64,000 nt of DNA from positions 12,256,924 through 12,320,923 of the forward strand of contig NC_057718.1 in NCBI RefSeq assembly GCF_004010195.1. The letters run 5' to 3'. The notes under the pieces were generated by a model. The model did no database searches and was not told where the DNA came from. It was given only the letters and a program-made list of their open reading frames with translations. This DNA comes from Chiloscyllium plagiosum. Taxonomy: Eukaryota. The position numbers and the translations under genes were made by a program. This document shows positions 1 to 13,470 of the stretch, in pieces; the stretch's first letter is position 1, and the number at the start of each line of letters is the position of its first letter.

Positions 1-361
1 AAAGGGCAACTACCGTGACAAACAGAGGGAGATAAACATTATTACTTTAATTCTCTGCAAAATCCCATATCCATTCCATTGAAGTTCTCAAAATAAAAAA
101 AACAGAAATTGCTGGAGAAACTCAGCAGGTCTTGCAACCTTTAGAATCATACAGTACAGACGAGGCCCTTCAGCCCATTGTCGGCACTGGAAAAACAATT
201 CTAAATCTACACTAGTCCCATTTTCCAGCACTTGACCCATAGCCTTGAATGGTATAACATTTCAAGCGCTCATCCAAATACTTTTTAAAGGCTGTGAAGT
301 TCCTTGCCTCAACTCCCTTCCCAGACATCGCATTCCAGACCCCCACCATCCTCTGGTGTAA

Positions 362-1575
362 AGAACCCAACCCAATCTAGTCCCACCTGCCAGCACCTGG
401 CCCATGTCGCCCAAGCCCTTCCTATTCATGTACCCATCCAGCTGACTTTTAAATGTTGCAATTGTACCAGCTTCCACCACTTCCCCTGGCAACTCATTCC
501 ATATAGGTACCACCCTCTGTGTGAAAAAGTTGCCCCGTAGGTTACTTCTTTATCTTTCCCCTCTCACCCTAAACCTATGCCCTCTTGTTCTGGACTCCCC
601 CAACCCAGGGAAGGGACTTTGTCTATTTATCCTATCCATGAGCCTCATGATCTTATAAACTTCAATAAGGTCACCCCTCAGCCTCCGATGCTCCAGGGAA
701 AACAGCCTCAGCCTGTTCAACCTCCTATCTACCTGTGACTCCACTTTCAAGGAGCTATGAACCTGCATTCCCAGGTCTCTTTGTTCAGCAACACTCCCTA
801 GGACCTTACCATTAAGTGTACAAGTTCTGCTAAGATTTGCTTTCCCAAAATGCAGCACCTCACATTTACCTAAATTAAACACCATCTGCCACTTCTCAGC
901 CATCTGATCAAGATCCTGTTATCTGAGATAACCCTCTTCGCTGTCCAATACACCTCCAATTGTGGTGTCATCTGCAAACTTACTAACTATACCTGTTATG
1001 CTCACAGCCAAATCATTTGTATAAATGATGAAAAGTAACGGACCCAGCACCAACCCTTGTGGCACACCACTGGTCACAGGCCTCCAGTCTGAAAAACAAC
1101 CCTCCACCTCCCTCTGTCTTCTACGTTTAAGCCAGTTGTGTCAAAATGGCTAGTTCTCAATGTATTCCACGAGATCTAACCTTGCTAACCAGTCTCCCAT
1201 GTCAAGAAATGCCTTACTGAAGTCCATATAGATCACATCCACCACTCTGCCCTCATCAATCCTCTTTGTTACTGCCTCAAAAAAAACTCAATCAAGCTTG
1301 TGAAACATAATTTCCCACGCTCAAAGTCATGTTGACTATCCCTGATCAGTCCTTGCCTTTCCAAATACATGTACATCCTGACCCTCAGGTTTCCCTCCAA
1401 CAACTTGCCCACCACCATCAGGCTCACAGGTCTATGGTTCCCTGGCTTCCCTAACAGTGGCACCACGTTAGCCAACCTCCAGTCTTCCAGCAACTCACCT
1501 GTGACTATTGATACAAGTATCTCAGCAAGGAGCCCAGCAATCACTTCTCCCAACTTCCCACAGAGTTCTGAGAAA
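362..1575 (-). mobile_element. CR1/HER1 LINE ORF2 3' fragment
   Basis: [46 protein letters not shown]. Confidence 0.92.
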
Positions 1576-1577
1576 AT

Positions 1578-2530
1578 CTAGTAACATTTGCCAGCACTTG
1601 GCCCATATCCCTCTAAACTCTTCCTATTCATATACCAACCCAGATCAGTTTTAAATGCTGTAATTGTACCAGCCTCCACCACTCTTCTGGCAGCTCATTC
1701 CATACACGTACCACCCGCTATGTTACAAAGATGCCCCTTGGTCCCTTTTCCATCTTTCCCCTCTCATCCTAAATCGATGCCCTCTAGTTCTGGACTTCCC
1801 CATCCCAGGGAAAAGCCCAGGTCTATTTATCCTATCCATTTCTCAGAGTGTATAAACCTCAAAAAGGTCACCCCTCAGCCTCCGAGAAAACAGCCCCAGC
1901 CTATTCAGCCACTCCCTATAGCTCAAATCCTGGAAACATCCTTGTAAATCATTTCTGAACCCTTTCAAGTTTCACAGCATCTTTCGGATAGGAAGGAGAT
2001 CAGAATTGCATGCAATATTCCAACAGTGGCCTAACCAATGTCCTGTACAGCCGCAGCATGACCTCCCAACTCCTGTACTCAATACTCTGACCAAGGAAAG
2101 TATACCAATCGCCTTCTTCACTATCCTATCTACCTGCGACTCCACTTTTAAGGAGCTATGAACCTGCATTCCAAGGTGTCTTTGTTCAGCAACACTCCCT
2201 CGGACCTTACCATTAAGTGTATAAGTCCTGCTGAGATTTGCTTTCCCAAAATGCAGCACCTCACATTTCTCTAAATTAAACTCCATCTGCCACTTCTCAG
2301 CCCATTGGCCCATCTGGTTACTCTGAGGTAACCTTCGCTGTCTACTACACCTCCAATTTTGGTATCATCTGCAAAGTTACAAACTATACCTCCTATGTTC
2401 ATATCCAAATCAGTTACATAAATGACAACAAGTAGTGAGCCCTGCACCAATCCTTGTGGCACACCACTGGTCACAGGCCTCCAGTCGAAAAAGCAATCCT
2501 CCACCACCACCACCCTCTGTCTTCTATCTC
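1578..2530 (-). mobile_element. Second CR1/HER1 LINE 3' fragment
   Basis: SGVPQG, FADDTK, WQMEFNLEKCEVLHFG. Confidence 0.92.
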
Positions 2531-2782
2531 CCATTACTTTCCAGATCACACCACAAGTTAATTGTTTTATCTGTTTTCCCCTTAAATGCTTTCTCTGTAT
2601 TTGACAGAATTTAAAAAATTTCCAACCAGTTTTTTCCAACACAAGATTATTAAAACAAAAAAAAAACTTATTCCACAAAGGTGCAGAATTAATTGATCGT
2701 CTGTATTACGAACAATAAATGTTTGATTCTGTAAGCAAAGCCAAACACACACAAACCAATAAACAAGCGAACACTTATCCAC

Positions 2783-2973
2783 TGGGTGCTCCAGTTTCCT
2801 CCCATAGTCCAAAAGTGTGCAGGTAACATGGATTGGCCATGCTAAATTGCCCATAGTCAAGGGTAAATATTGGGTAGAGGAATGGGTCTGGGTGGATTAC
2901 TCTTCGGAGGGTCGGTGTGGACTTGTTGGGCCGAAGGGCCTGTTTCCATACTGTAGGTAATCTAACCTAATCA
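2783..2973 (+). mobile_element. HE1 SINE, 5'-truncated
   Basis: V-domain GGGTGCTCCAGTTTCCTCCCA and CR1-derived tail ending TAATCTAA. Confidence 0.85.
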
Positions 2974-5900
2974 AATGAATTATGATCACTTAAACCAGAA
3001 AAAAAAAAGGAACAAAACTGATTTCTCTCTCCAGAAATTCACTTTGAGAAAAAACTATTTGGTCGATAAGATTTAGTTCTTGAAAGCACACAGTTGTTGG
3101 TCTGGCACTGACGCATATAGAGGATGTCACTAATATAGGCAGAAGTCCTTAAGGTCTTGGCAGACACAGCTTATTACTGAGAAACAGTACTGAAGTTTTT
3201 TGGTTGGTCAAGATGACAATTGGGTTTCACAGCGAATTTGCCACAAAAGTGGCTTTGAAAACAGGAGATCCAGATTAACAACTCCTTTCTTTCAGCAACC
3301 TTGCCCAACTGAAAACCATTTTCAAGCCTGCAAAATATCATTCAAACAGAATGGCCATAAAGCCCAGTTGTAAACAATCAGATATTTTCCCTGAAGTGAG
3401 TTCAAGCAAGCAAAATCAGCAATTATCTGAAACCATGTGGTTTCCAAGAAATTACTTGCATTTCACGATCCTCTGACTTCTTTTTAAAAAAAATCCAGGT
3501 ATCTCCGCTGTGCTTGAAACTCAAGTCTGCAAAAAGTAATAAAGCCATCACAACAACCTAAGCTTAGCCACCAAAGCATGTTTAAAAGAACTTCTTAAAA
3601 AAGACAGAAAAGTTGAAGGGCTTATGAAAGGAATACAGATTTGAAAGTATTGGCAACTGAAGACAGAGCCCCCCAATGATAGATAACCTAGAATTGGGAC
3701 ATGCAAGAAACCAAAAGAGGATTACAGGGCTGAAAGAAGATACAAAGCCATATAGGGTTTCGAAAACAAAAAGCGGCATTTCAAAAGTCGAGATGTTGTC
3801 AGAAGACCTATTGTAATTTAGTGAGCATGGAGGGTGATGGAACTTGGTTTACTAGCAGCATTGAAATATGAAGTATTACAGAATATGTAACAACAAATAA
3901 GAGGACCAATGAGGTTGAGTGGAGAATAACGAAAACTTTTGCGAGTTTCTGAAGTGTTCTTCAGCTTTTGGATGAGTAAACATTCAAATTCATGAGAAAA
4001 CAGTTCAGTAGCAAACTGGTACTTCAAAGGAATGGATAATCTGGAATAATTAAACATTCAAAAGGTAACAAGAACAGATGGAATTCAAACCACTAAGGTG
4101 CAGTTAAAATATTTTTCAGGGCTCATTAAATACTGGAACAAACGCACTTAACTAAAATGATAGAATTTCAATTTAATTTGCAAACAGGCGCACAGGAAAT
4201 CCACCAAGTCAATATAATGCAGCTCCTGTGTAGATAAAGAAAGTTGGTGTGATTTCTACGTTTAAGTAAAACAAAGAACTGTAAACACTAGAGATGTGAA
4301 ACAAAAGTCAGAGGAAGTGCTAGAGAAACTCAGTAAGTCTGTCAGTATCCGTAGAGAGAAAAACAGAGTTAATGTTGAGTTCAGTGACCGCACCCCCATC
4401 AAACGCTGTGGTTTCTACTATAAAATGCATCTTTACTTCTACTTTTCAGTCAACACTGGTAGCAGTGTAAAAGAGAATACCAGATAGGAATCTGTCTGTC
4501 AGTACGCAGCCTCTCCATTGTCACCTCTTCAGTCATAGCTCCTTGTGGTGACAAAGTGAAATGCTTGCATCCCCAGGTTGAAGCTCCAGAGGAATCCATA
4601 GATTTGTACTCCAGTGTGCTGGGCCACCTACATGGCGATATGCCCCTTGCAATCACAAAGCAGATTCCCACCTCAGGGTGAATAGCTCCACAGCTTTGTT
4701 GATAGTTCAGGGGAGTTGAAAGCTAAGGGAGTAAACCCTGACAGAAAAAGTCTTGAGTGGACCGATGTCTAAATGTGTCTTATTTCTGGCAAACCCAGCC
4801 AGATGCATCCAAGGAGATCAAGGGGGAAGAGTCACATTTGGACAGCCTAAGGCCTTCATAGATTTTGCATAAGACTGTGCCCTGAAATGGACACCAGTTT
4901 TGTTGCAAAGCATTAATACAAAAAAAGTTACAAGTCACAAGCAGTAAGCTCAAGTTGATTGAGGTCAGCCACCACTCACCTCAAATCTGGCAACCCCTGA
5001 GTAAAGAGCTGATCCACCACATTGCATCTGCTCCAATGGCTACTTAGAACTTACAATCCCTGCTCAACAGTGGTGAGATTTCATATATCAAGCAAACAGA
5101 CAAAAAAAGAAGAAAAAAAACTTAACTGTCACTTCACTACATGGAACTTAAACATTGCTGAAAAGAGACAATTTTCTTCTTGCACTCATCAGGAGTGCAA
5201 GAATATCTAATTTCAAAAAATTAGAACAGTTTATGCTAAAAGCAAAAAGTGTGTGGATTGTTTGGAAAGTTGATTCTGATTGCTTTCTCCACGGCAATGC
5301 CTGAGCCAACAGCAAACTACGGACTAATTAATCTTCTGAGTGATTTGAAAAAAGGTACAAGGCTTGAACATTTTCCTTTCTTGCAGAGAACAGGGTGAAT
5401 ATCTATCACCTCCAGCAAGAATAAATTAGCTACATTATAAGCTCAGCTAATTGTCTTCAACTGGTTGTTAGTGCAGCTACCGATGCACACTGATTCGTTC
5501 CGGAGGGGCTGCCTAATCACAGAATCACATTGAGCAGCAGATATTTTTCTTTGGGTGTTGCAAGTGCAGTCTGTATTCTTCCTAGAATGTGCAGTTTGAT
5601 TTGATCACCCAATCTTTGGAATATATGGCCCATTTACCTGCTATCATTACGTTCACACTGTAAAGTGGCACATCAAATTGCGACATATCATAGAATCTCC
5701 CTGGTGCTGCATTAGTAGCATATGATCCCTCAATGCAACTAAATGACCTGAAGATCCTTTGTACTTGCTTGGGAAGGGAATCAGCACCCCCTCCCATTAC
5801 ACTTCCCACCTGTGATGTATCAGGACAAGAAAGGGGAGACAGATTTGGGACGACAGATAATCAAAACAAAAAACAAAATTCTTTTCAATTAAGTGAAAAG

Positions 5901-6970
5901 TCAATATAATTGAATAAGAGCCCAATATAATTAGGAGACTTTTTTTACTCATTCAAAGGATGTAGGTCTCAGCCAAAAATTATTGTCCATCCTTAATTAG
6001 CCAGAGAGCAGTTAGGAGTCAAGCACATTCGGCTGTGGATTTGGAATCGCGGGTAGGCCAGACCAGGTAAGTAAGGACTGCAGATTTTCTTCCCGAAAGG
6101 ACATTAGTGAACCAGATGGGCCCTCATGACAAGTGACAGTGGTTACATAATTGCATCAGAATAGCTTTTGCAAAACCTGAATTCAAATTTCACCATCTTT
6201 CAAGGTGGTATTTGACCCCTTGTACCCAAAACAGTAGTCTAGTGCTCTGATTTAAGACCATTCACTAATGTGGAAACAGTCCATTCATTTCCAACCCACA
6301 CCTTGGTAGTGCAATGAATATAGTTATATGCCTTTAAATTTTCTAAGCCATGAGCAGTTCAAGACCTGAGTAAGATGGCTAAGAGGTAGGCTTCAAGGTG
6401 TTTTTTGAAGTTTGGAAGAGAAGTAGCAAGTTTAAGAGGAATGTTTCAGAATTGTGTTAAAGGTATTTAAACCTATAAGAGTTTGATTAGATAGATATGG
6501 GGAAGTTCTTTCCTCTGGTGGAAAATCAAGCACAAGTGACCACAGTCCTAAAATCAGAACTAGACTGTACAGGAGTGGAATCAATAAGCACTTTTTCCAC
6601 CAGGAAGAAATAATGGGTGTTTCTCCCCAAAAGGCAGTAGATGCTGGGACAATTGGAAATTCCAATTTAAATGACAGAAATATTCACTGGGTCAGGTAGT
6701 ATTTCTGGAGAGAGTTAATGTTTCAAGACAATTATCTTCATCAAGTGGCATTGGGTGTGAAGACCAAAGATATGGGAGGGAGTGTGGTAAATGGAGTTGG
6801 AGGTACAGGCCAGCCATGATGTGAATAATCGGTGGGAGGTAGCAGAGAGGCTGAATGAGTTTGTATTCATAAATTCTGCTGAATTTGGCAATTGACTAAA
6901 AAAACTCCACACAGCATATTGTTATCCCAAATAAAATCCATGCATACACATGGCTTTGTTTCACTGACAT

Positions 6971-6976
6971 TTTATT
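6971..6976 (-). terminator. Probable PHF10 polyadenylation signal AATAAA
   Basis: TTTATT on plus strand about 155 nt past the stop codon, followed by GU-rich sequence on the minus strand. Confidence 0.6.
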
Positions 6977-7128
6977 TGTTTCAAAATTTTTCATACAAAT
7001 AATGGAAATGATATTTATAAAACACATTAATATCAATGTAAGCACCTGATATTCCGAGTCAACCAAAGCTTCAATAAGAGCTTTAATCTGGCCCCACATT
7101 TTTCTGGATTGGTTCTGATATTGTAGCT

Positions 7129-7214
7129 TCATCCTTCTTTGTTATTTTTGGCTTTCCGTCCCCTTTTCTTAGTTGTGGAAGGAACATTTGCACAGCACTC
7201 ACAAATCCAACGAC
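7129..7214 (-). CDS. PHF10: PHF10 last coding exon ([28 protein letters not shown])
   Basis: Manual translation; TTTCAG acceptor; TGA at 7129-7131; C-terminal KEG as in other vertebrates. Confidence 0.96.
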
Positions 7215-8395
7215 CTGAAACAATTCAAAAACACCAGTCTTATGCTGCATAATGAAGCCATCATATATAGACACAGAAACACTCAACAGCTTCACTGAAA
7301 TGGGATTCAAAATGGCCTAGGACTTGGCAGGCAGGATTCTATCCTAACTATTCTGATCCTGCTATAAACAACTAATTTGATTTTCACCAGCCATTTAAGA
7401 GATATATACTCAAGTACAGAGGTGACCAATTAGTTCTTAGTTGCATGCTTTTATGATCATTTATCTACAAATTTGATTTCAGATCCAGGTTTCCCATTTA
7501 CTGTTGAATGTTCATAGCTTTTGTGCAGTTTCCTCCAATGCATGTCAAATACATGTCACATTGCCCTAATATTCATACTGCAATTAGAATTAATAAAATA
7601 CTAACACAAGAAAATGTCTGTTCATACTAAATTCTCACTGCGCTACTGCCTAATTCACCTACATTCAGCTTATACAAAGTCCTCGTTAGACTGCACCCAG
7701 AATACAGTGATCAGATTTGGATAGCATATGTTATAAAGAGTTTATTGACCCGAAAGGGTGTGCAACATAAGTTGCCAAAATGATAGCTAAACTTTAATTA
7801 TTAAAATGTGACGGGATATCGCACAACTAGACTTGCAGAGCCTAGAATTAGAAATAATGGGTGATTTAATCAATGTTGTTTTTAATATATTGAAGGAGAC
7901 AGATAAAGGTAAAGAAGTATTTCTGCTGATTGGCAGGTCAAGGATTGGGTTCTGATGAAAGATCATGAACATAAAAAACAATTTCTCTCTCCACAGAAGC
8001 CATGAGAACTGCTGAGTGGTTCAGGGAATTCCTATTTTTATTGTAAGACTGCAAATTAGACTAAAAATTAGAAGTGGATCTTTTATGAATGAAGTCAGAA
8101 AACAGTTGTACTCACAATAGGTTTGAAGTTTAGAACAGTCTTCTGCAAATGGAAATTGACGTTCAGCCAATTGTAAATTTTAAGTCACAGTGATGGATAG
8201 ATTTTTGTTATCCAGAAGGTGTTCAAGAATATGGGGCAAAGGGAGGTAAATGGAGTTACGTTACAAATCAGTAATGGGCTCATTTAACAGCAGCAGAACT
8301 GGCTTGAAAAAAAAAAGGTTAAATGGTTCATTCCTGTTTCTCAATAAAATTCTTTCAAAGACACAAAATAGAACAAGACTATATATAATCCTGTA

Positions 8396-8514
8396 GTCAT
8401 GATTTGGAGATGCCAGTGTTGGGCTGGGGTGTACAAAGTTAAAAATCACACAACACCAGGTTATAGTCCAACAGGTTTAATTGGACTATAACCTGGTGTT
8501 GTGATTTTTAACTT
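8396..8514. mobile_element. Penelope-like terminus, inverted (family A)
   Basis: Palindromic AATCACACAACACCAGGTTATAGTCCAA arms; 12-bp direct flank TATAATCCTGTA. Confidence 0.75.
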
Positions 8515-8773
8515 TATAATCCTGTACTGTGCATTTCTCACTACTGTTCTTGTAACTTGTAGGATAACTGCTATTATTAACAATATGTTGGAGATCTAGC
8601 AGTATAAAATAATTTTTGTTTTATAAAGTTCAGTAGTAATCCAACAATTATTAGTCTAAACTTTTTAGGTTAATAATCTCACCTACCAAATGAACAGTCA
8701 CACATTTTCTATAGCTGACAATTAAAATATCAACAGGAATCGCACAACGCTTTAAAATGCAGGTGCACATTAC

Positions 8774-8962
8774 CTGAGGGGATGGAAGCAACTCCTACAC
8801 AGAAAGTGTGATACCCGCGGTCGCATTGATCACAGAACATCATTTCTTCCTCGTGATGTGGCTGGCCGCACACTATGCATGTCTTGCATTCCATACACTG
8901 CCAAGGATAGGTTTTTATTACAGCCACCAACTCTGTCAACATATCCAAGCAAGATGGATGGC
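8774..8962 (-). CDS. PHF10: PHF10 coding exon 11 (GHPSCLDM...WQCMECKTC...[20 protein letters not shown]), PHD1/PHD2
   Basis: Within ORF 8730-8981; double PHD Cys/His pattern; 189 nt. Confidence 0.98.
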
Positions 8963-9906
8963 CTGTGGAAAGCATTTGCAAGTTACCTACTCAAAAGTAT
9001 GCACCTTTTATAAATCAGTCACTGAATTGCTTCAAATAAGAATAGCCAATTATGATGATCCAGCAGAACAATATCAATTGGATGAGTGTTGGTCAAAAGT
9101 GCATTGAAATACAAGCTGCACCTCTCCATCAGTGTTTTAAGTTCTGTTTTAATTTTTAAAGTCACAGACCAGGCATTCAGTCCAACAGGCCGGTGCTACG
9201 ATAAAGACAGAAAATGCTGCAAATATTCAGCAGATTAGGCATTCATGGTGAGAAAGAGGATGGATGTTTCATCAGAAAACTATATGACTAATTTCTGCAA
9301 AAGACCATGAACCCAAAACATTAACTTTGTTTCTCCCTCCAACTTGTTGAGCATTCCCAGCATATTCAGTTTTAATTTCAGATTTCCTCCATATGCCTTT
9401 GCATTAGGACTATGGTAGTGTTTGAGAGAATCTTCTCCCATCCGATTTCAGTTCATCCCATCAGCCTATACAGTTATTCCCTTCCCTCCACCAACCAACC
9501 CACAAAAAGTACTTGCTTAGTTTTATCTTAATGCACATATCACACATTCCTCAATCTTTTCACATGTAGCAAGTTCCATGTTTTAATCAGAATAAATTCT
9601 AGATTCAATAATTAGTGACTTTTTTTTTAAAAAAAAGGGCCCCCTAATTTTGAATTCATAACAATTCATCTCCCCAATGATATGCTTCCATAATGTTCAA
9701 AATCTATAAACACTCCTGAAGAAGTGAGCCTTCATAGTAGTTTAGGCTTTCTTGATAGTTAGATCCTTTCAGTTAAAATTCAATTCATCAGTCCAAATTC
9801 TTTCAGCATTTTTTTCCCCAGAGCATTAGCATCCTTTTAGAAATGGGAAGTATGGTCGAATCAATTTAGCATAACAATGAAGTTTAATGTTCTATAATAT
9901 TTTCAT

Positions 9907-10118
9907 GATTCGGAGATGCCGGTGTTGGACTGGGATGTACAAAGTTAAAAATCACACAAACACCATGTTATAGTCCAACAGGTTTAATTAGAAGCACACG
10001 AGCTTTTGGAGCGACACTCCTTCATCAGGTGATCGTCCAAAGAGCGTCGCTCCGAAAGCTAGTGTGCTTCCAATTAAACCTGTTGGACTATAACCTGGTG
10101 TTGTGTGATTTTTAACTT
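9907..10118. mobile_element. Penelope-like terminus, inverted (family A)
   Basis: About 95-bp inverted arms; 14-bp direct flank TATAATATTTTCAT; degenerate hammerhead core. Confidence 0.78.
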
Positions 10119-10402
10119 TATAATATTTTCATAATGTAGAAGTTTTCTAATAACAGATCAATTAACCTTAGCAAACTGAAGTACTACACTATCACACAAT
10201 TCAGCCAATTTTTTTTAAAAACAGGCAAGACATTTGTATCACGTAACAATTCACCATATAGGTGATCTGAGGAGCCTAGTTTCTGTGTTGTATTGCCAAC
10301 TTCGTGTTAACCAGTTCATGGTCATCTCCAGTACACTTCAACTATATTACATATAATGCACAAGACTGAATAGTTTTCACCAGTTAGTTTGGGCCAACTT
10401 AC

Positions 10403-10511
10403 CACTGTTGTCACACTGGGAGCAGTGTATGAGTGCCTCAGGTTTGTTTTTCTTGTTGGATTCTCTACCCTTTAGACAAATTCCACATATTGCATTTGGA
10501 ATGATCTTAGG
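10403..10511 (-). CDS. PHF10: PHF10 coding exon 10 ([36 protein letters not shown]), PHD1
   Basis: Manual translation; CCCTTCCAG acceptor, GTAAGT donor; 109 nt. Confidence 0.97.
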
Positions 10512-13179
10512 CTGGAAGGGCAATAGTTAGAACAGCACTGTAAAAATCATGTCAGTGGAACTAGAACACAGAGTAAGGGCTCAGCAGGAAGAGAATCCTG
10601 GTTCTAAAAGATTTTCTTGCTTGTGGGTGCAAAAATACAAACCAGTTATTTAGTTTAAAACCAGTGGATCAACCTTAAAATGTTATTACAATTACACTAC
10701 GCAGATGGGACAGACTGATAAAGCTCTTAAAACACATGGGGCTTTAGTTTAGAGCATGCATATAAAAGGCATTAAAACAGACAGACAATCATGACCAAAG
10801 GTGGAGTAAAGCGTATATAGAACAAGCTTTGAAAGCAGGCTGCTACTAAATTTAAAAATTGGGAGTGACACCTTAAAATAAAATGTATGCAAATAAAATT
10901 AGTACTGAAAATTCAGAAACTAAATTAGAAATTAAAACTAAAGTCACATTTGAAAGCATTTATTCCAAAACTCTCATTTTCTAAAGGCCTTTAGTAACTA
11001 CATGTGCATGCAAACACGCATCTGCACGTGTAAACAGAAAAGAAATGCATCCAGCACATTTCCATCACATTTCAGAGTATCAGATGTATTACAAAACTAA
11101 AAAGGAAAACAAGCAGGCATTTTCCACTGGAAATGGGAAAGTTGCAAGGACCTGCTGATTGTCAAACTTCCCTTAGCAACAGCAACTGACTTCTAAATGT
11201 ACCTATTTACAAAAAGTTAATCTTGTAGCCTTAGTGAGGGAGGGGAATGGGCAAGAAAATTATGCATGAAGTGGCATAATGGTCCCATTATAAAACAGTA
11301 TAGCATCTAATCTACCAGGAGCATCTTTAGTAATACAGCAACGTTATTTAAAATAATTTTGTAAATTTCAGCAGATTTATTCCATTTCCTCCTACTGAAA
11401 TAGCTTAATCTATGTTACAGATATTCCTACAAAAGAATATCAGAACTAGTGCCAGAGTAATTTATTTTAAAAATAAACACTTCTTCATAGATTCTAATGT
11501 TCAGAATTGAAAGCTGTGAAGCCTGTTTGGAGATCATTAACCTCGTCACACAAAATATCCCCAATTAAATAATTTGCAATAAATGAACGCATCTGATAAA
11601 TTCATGTACCAGTACCCAGAAGATGCTGCTGTCAACTCAGCATTTAATATACAACTGTTCAAAAGAATTGTTCTGGGTGGAGAGGATTCTGCAGAGCCAC
11701 AGTGGAATGCTACTCACTTTCTAAAAGATGACAGAGGCACTCTTAAAATCGGCTTAATGTTTTATTAAAAAGTTGTTCAGATGTGAAAAGTTTACATCAA
11801 AAATTTGGTAACAGGTATTTAAGTACTTTTTAAACTGAGGCTGCGTATCTGAAAGGCAGCGCCTCTTAAATAATTATACTATAAAATAAGATCTATTGAA
11901 ATCCATTGAAACAATGAAACATCTTACTATTTTTACAGTTCTGAGATTATTCTACAATTATTTAAAACAGAAAACTAAATGTAAAACTGTTGCTTGAACA
12001 TCAAAACATTGTAAAATTCACTGTACTAATACCTAGAGTGCCAGCCCTCAGCAAAGTCAGAAATACAATTCAGGTTCAGATTGTTTACAACTTTCTTTCA
12101 TTTTACTGTTTCTCCACAAGTTCTGCTCCTCTTGGAGAAACTATGCACCAGCCACTCAATAAATTACGATCATTCTACAACCATTAGCACAGCCACAAAT
12201 AGCGACTCATGTAGAAAAAAGTGCTTATATGCAAAGGATGCAAGATATTAAAGGTATACTGTATCTATGTTGGTTATTTAGCATGTTAAAAAGTGCGGTT
12301 TGATGGATGATCATGAATTATATTTGACCCTTATTTCATATCTATAATTAAAAAAAGCTAAAGTCACATTCTTGCCTCATCAGCAGCTTAATAATGTTGC
12401 AGTTACACTGGCCAAGAACTAAATACTAATGTTATACACATAAAACGTGCATTGTATTACCTTTGCCAATACTGAAGAAATAAGAATTTGTTTGCCCCAT
12501 GCTCAGGACTTGCACATTTACTGTTTCCATCAGTAGTTACTGTGGTCCAGATAAACTGAATTTCAAGTCTAATTCTCTAACCGGCTGAGATTCAAACCAT
12601 TGCTGCTGCCTTCCCATCTGGTACTGTTGTTTCCACCTACTCCACACCACAAATCAACTACTTTCACACTCACACAACTTCCCAAGTTATTACTCTGCTG
12701 GACAACTCCAAAGGAAATGTCAAGGTAATCGCTAACATGCTAATAGTTACAAGCCCATGTTTTAAAGCAAATATACAAATGCAAAGTGGAGAAAGTATTA
12801 TACAGCACAGAAGGAGGACACTTTACCCACCCTGTCAATGCTGACCTTTGAAACGATTATCTAATTAGTCCCCTGCTCTTTTCGATGGTTCAGATGAACT
12901 CAGAGGGCTAAATTCCCAACTCACTGTTAATGAATAGATAGCTTTCAAAAATAATCAAATGCTTTAAAAAAAAACATAATTCCCTTCTCAACAAATGGAT
13001 ATTCTAACATCTTGTCTCATGAGGCCTGGGATTGAACATTTCATTACTAATTAAAATAATGTTTGAAAAGAGAAGTTCTTCAAATAGATGAAACTTTTTT
13101 CCCTCCGGTATGAAATAATGTGCATTTACATACCACTCTTCATATCCTTAGAATATCTTAAAATACTTCATATCTACTG

Positions 13180-13470
13180 AATTACATTGAAATACATTCA
13201 CATTTATTTTGGCAAATGACAGACCCACTTTGCATACAGCAAGATCAACAAACAGTAATAAATGACCTGCCATCTAACAATGGTTGTGGAATGGTTCCCC
13301 GTGGTATGTTTTACATCTGCCTGAAAGACAGAGATGGAGCCACAACTTAATGTCTCATCTGCACTTCCGAAAGTACAGCATTCCCTCAGTACCTCACTGA
13401 ACCACAGGTCCAGAGTATGTGCTCAAGGCTTGATTTGGGACTGTGAATGTTCTGACACCAACAAAAGCAC
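13180..13470 (-). mobile_element. Old Deu-domain SINE (SacSINE1/AmnSINE-like)
   Basis: Resembles the Deu core (TTAATGTCTCATC...CAGCATTCCCTCAGTAC); similar relics near 19300-19710, 40190-40350 and 53330-53575. Confidence 0.55.

Noticed and set aside
4450..4900. Segment resembling an old non-LTR element 5' region
   Set aside because: Could not assign a family or structure reliably by eye
2974..6900. A neighbouring gene near the PHF10 3' end (for example C6orf120-like)
   Set aside because: No ORF with recognisable homology; only short ORFs and old repeat relics
8396..10118. Recurrent palindromic ~30-100 bp repeats that superficially suggest a CRISPR array or MITEs
   Set aside because: Dispersed, no spacer periodicity, asymmetric arms, variable-length TSDs and hammerhead cores; fits Penelope-like termini in a vertebrate
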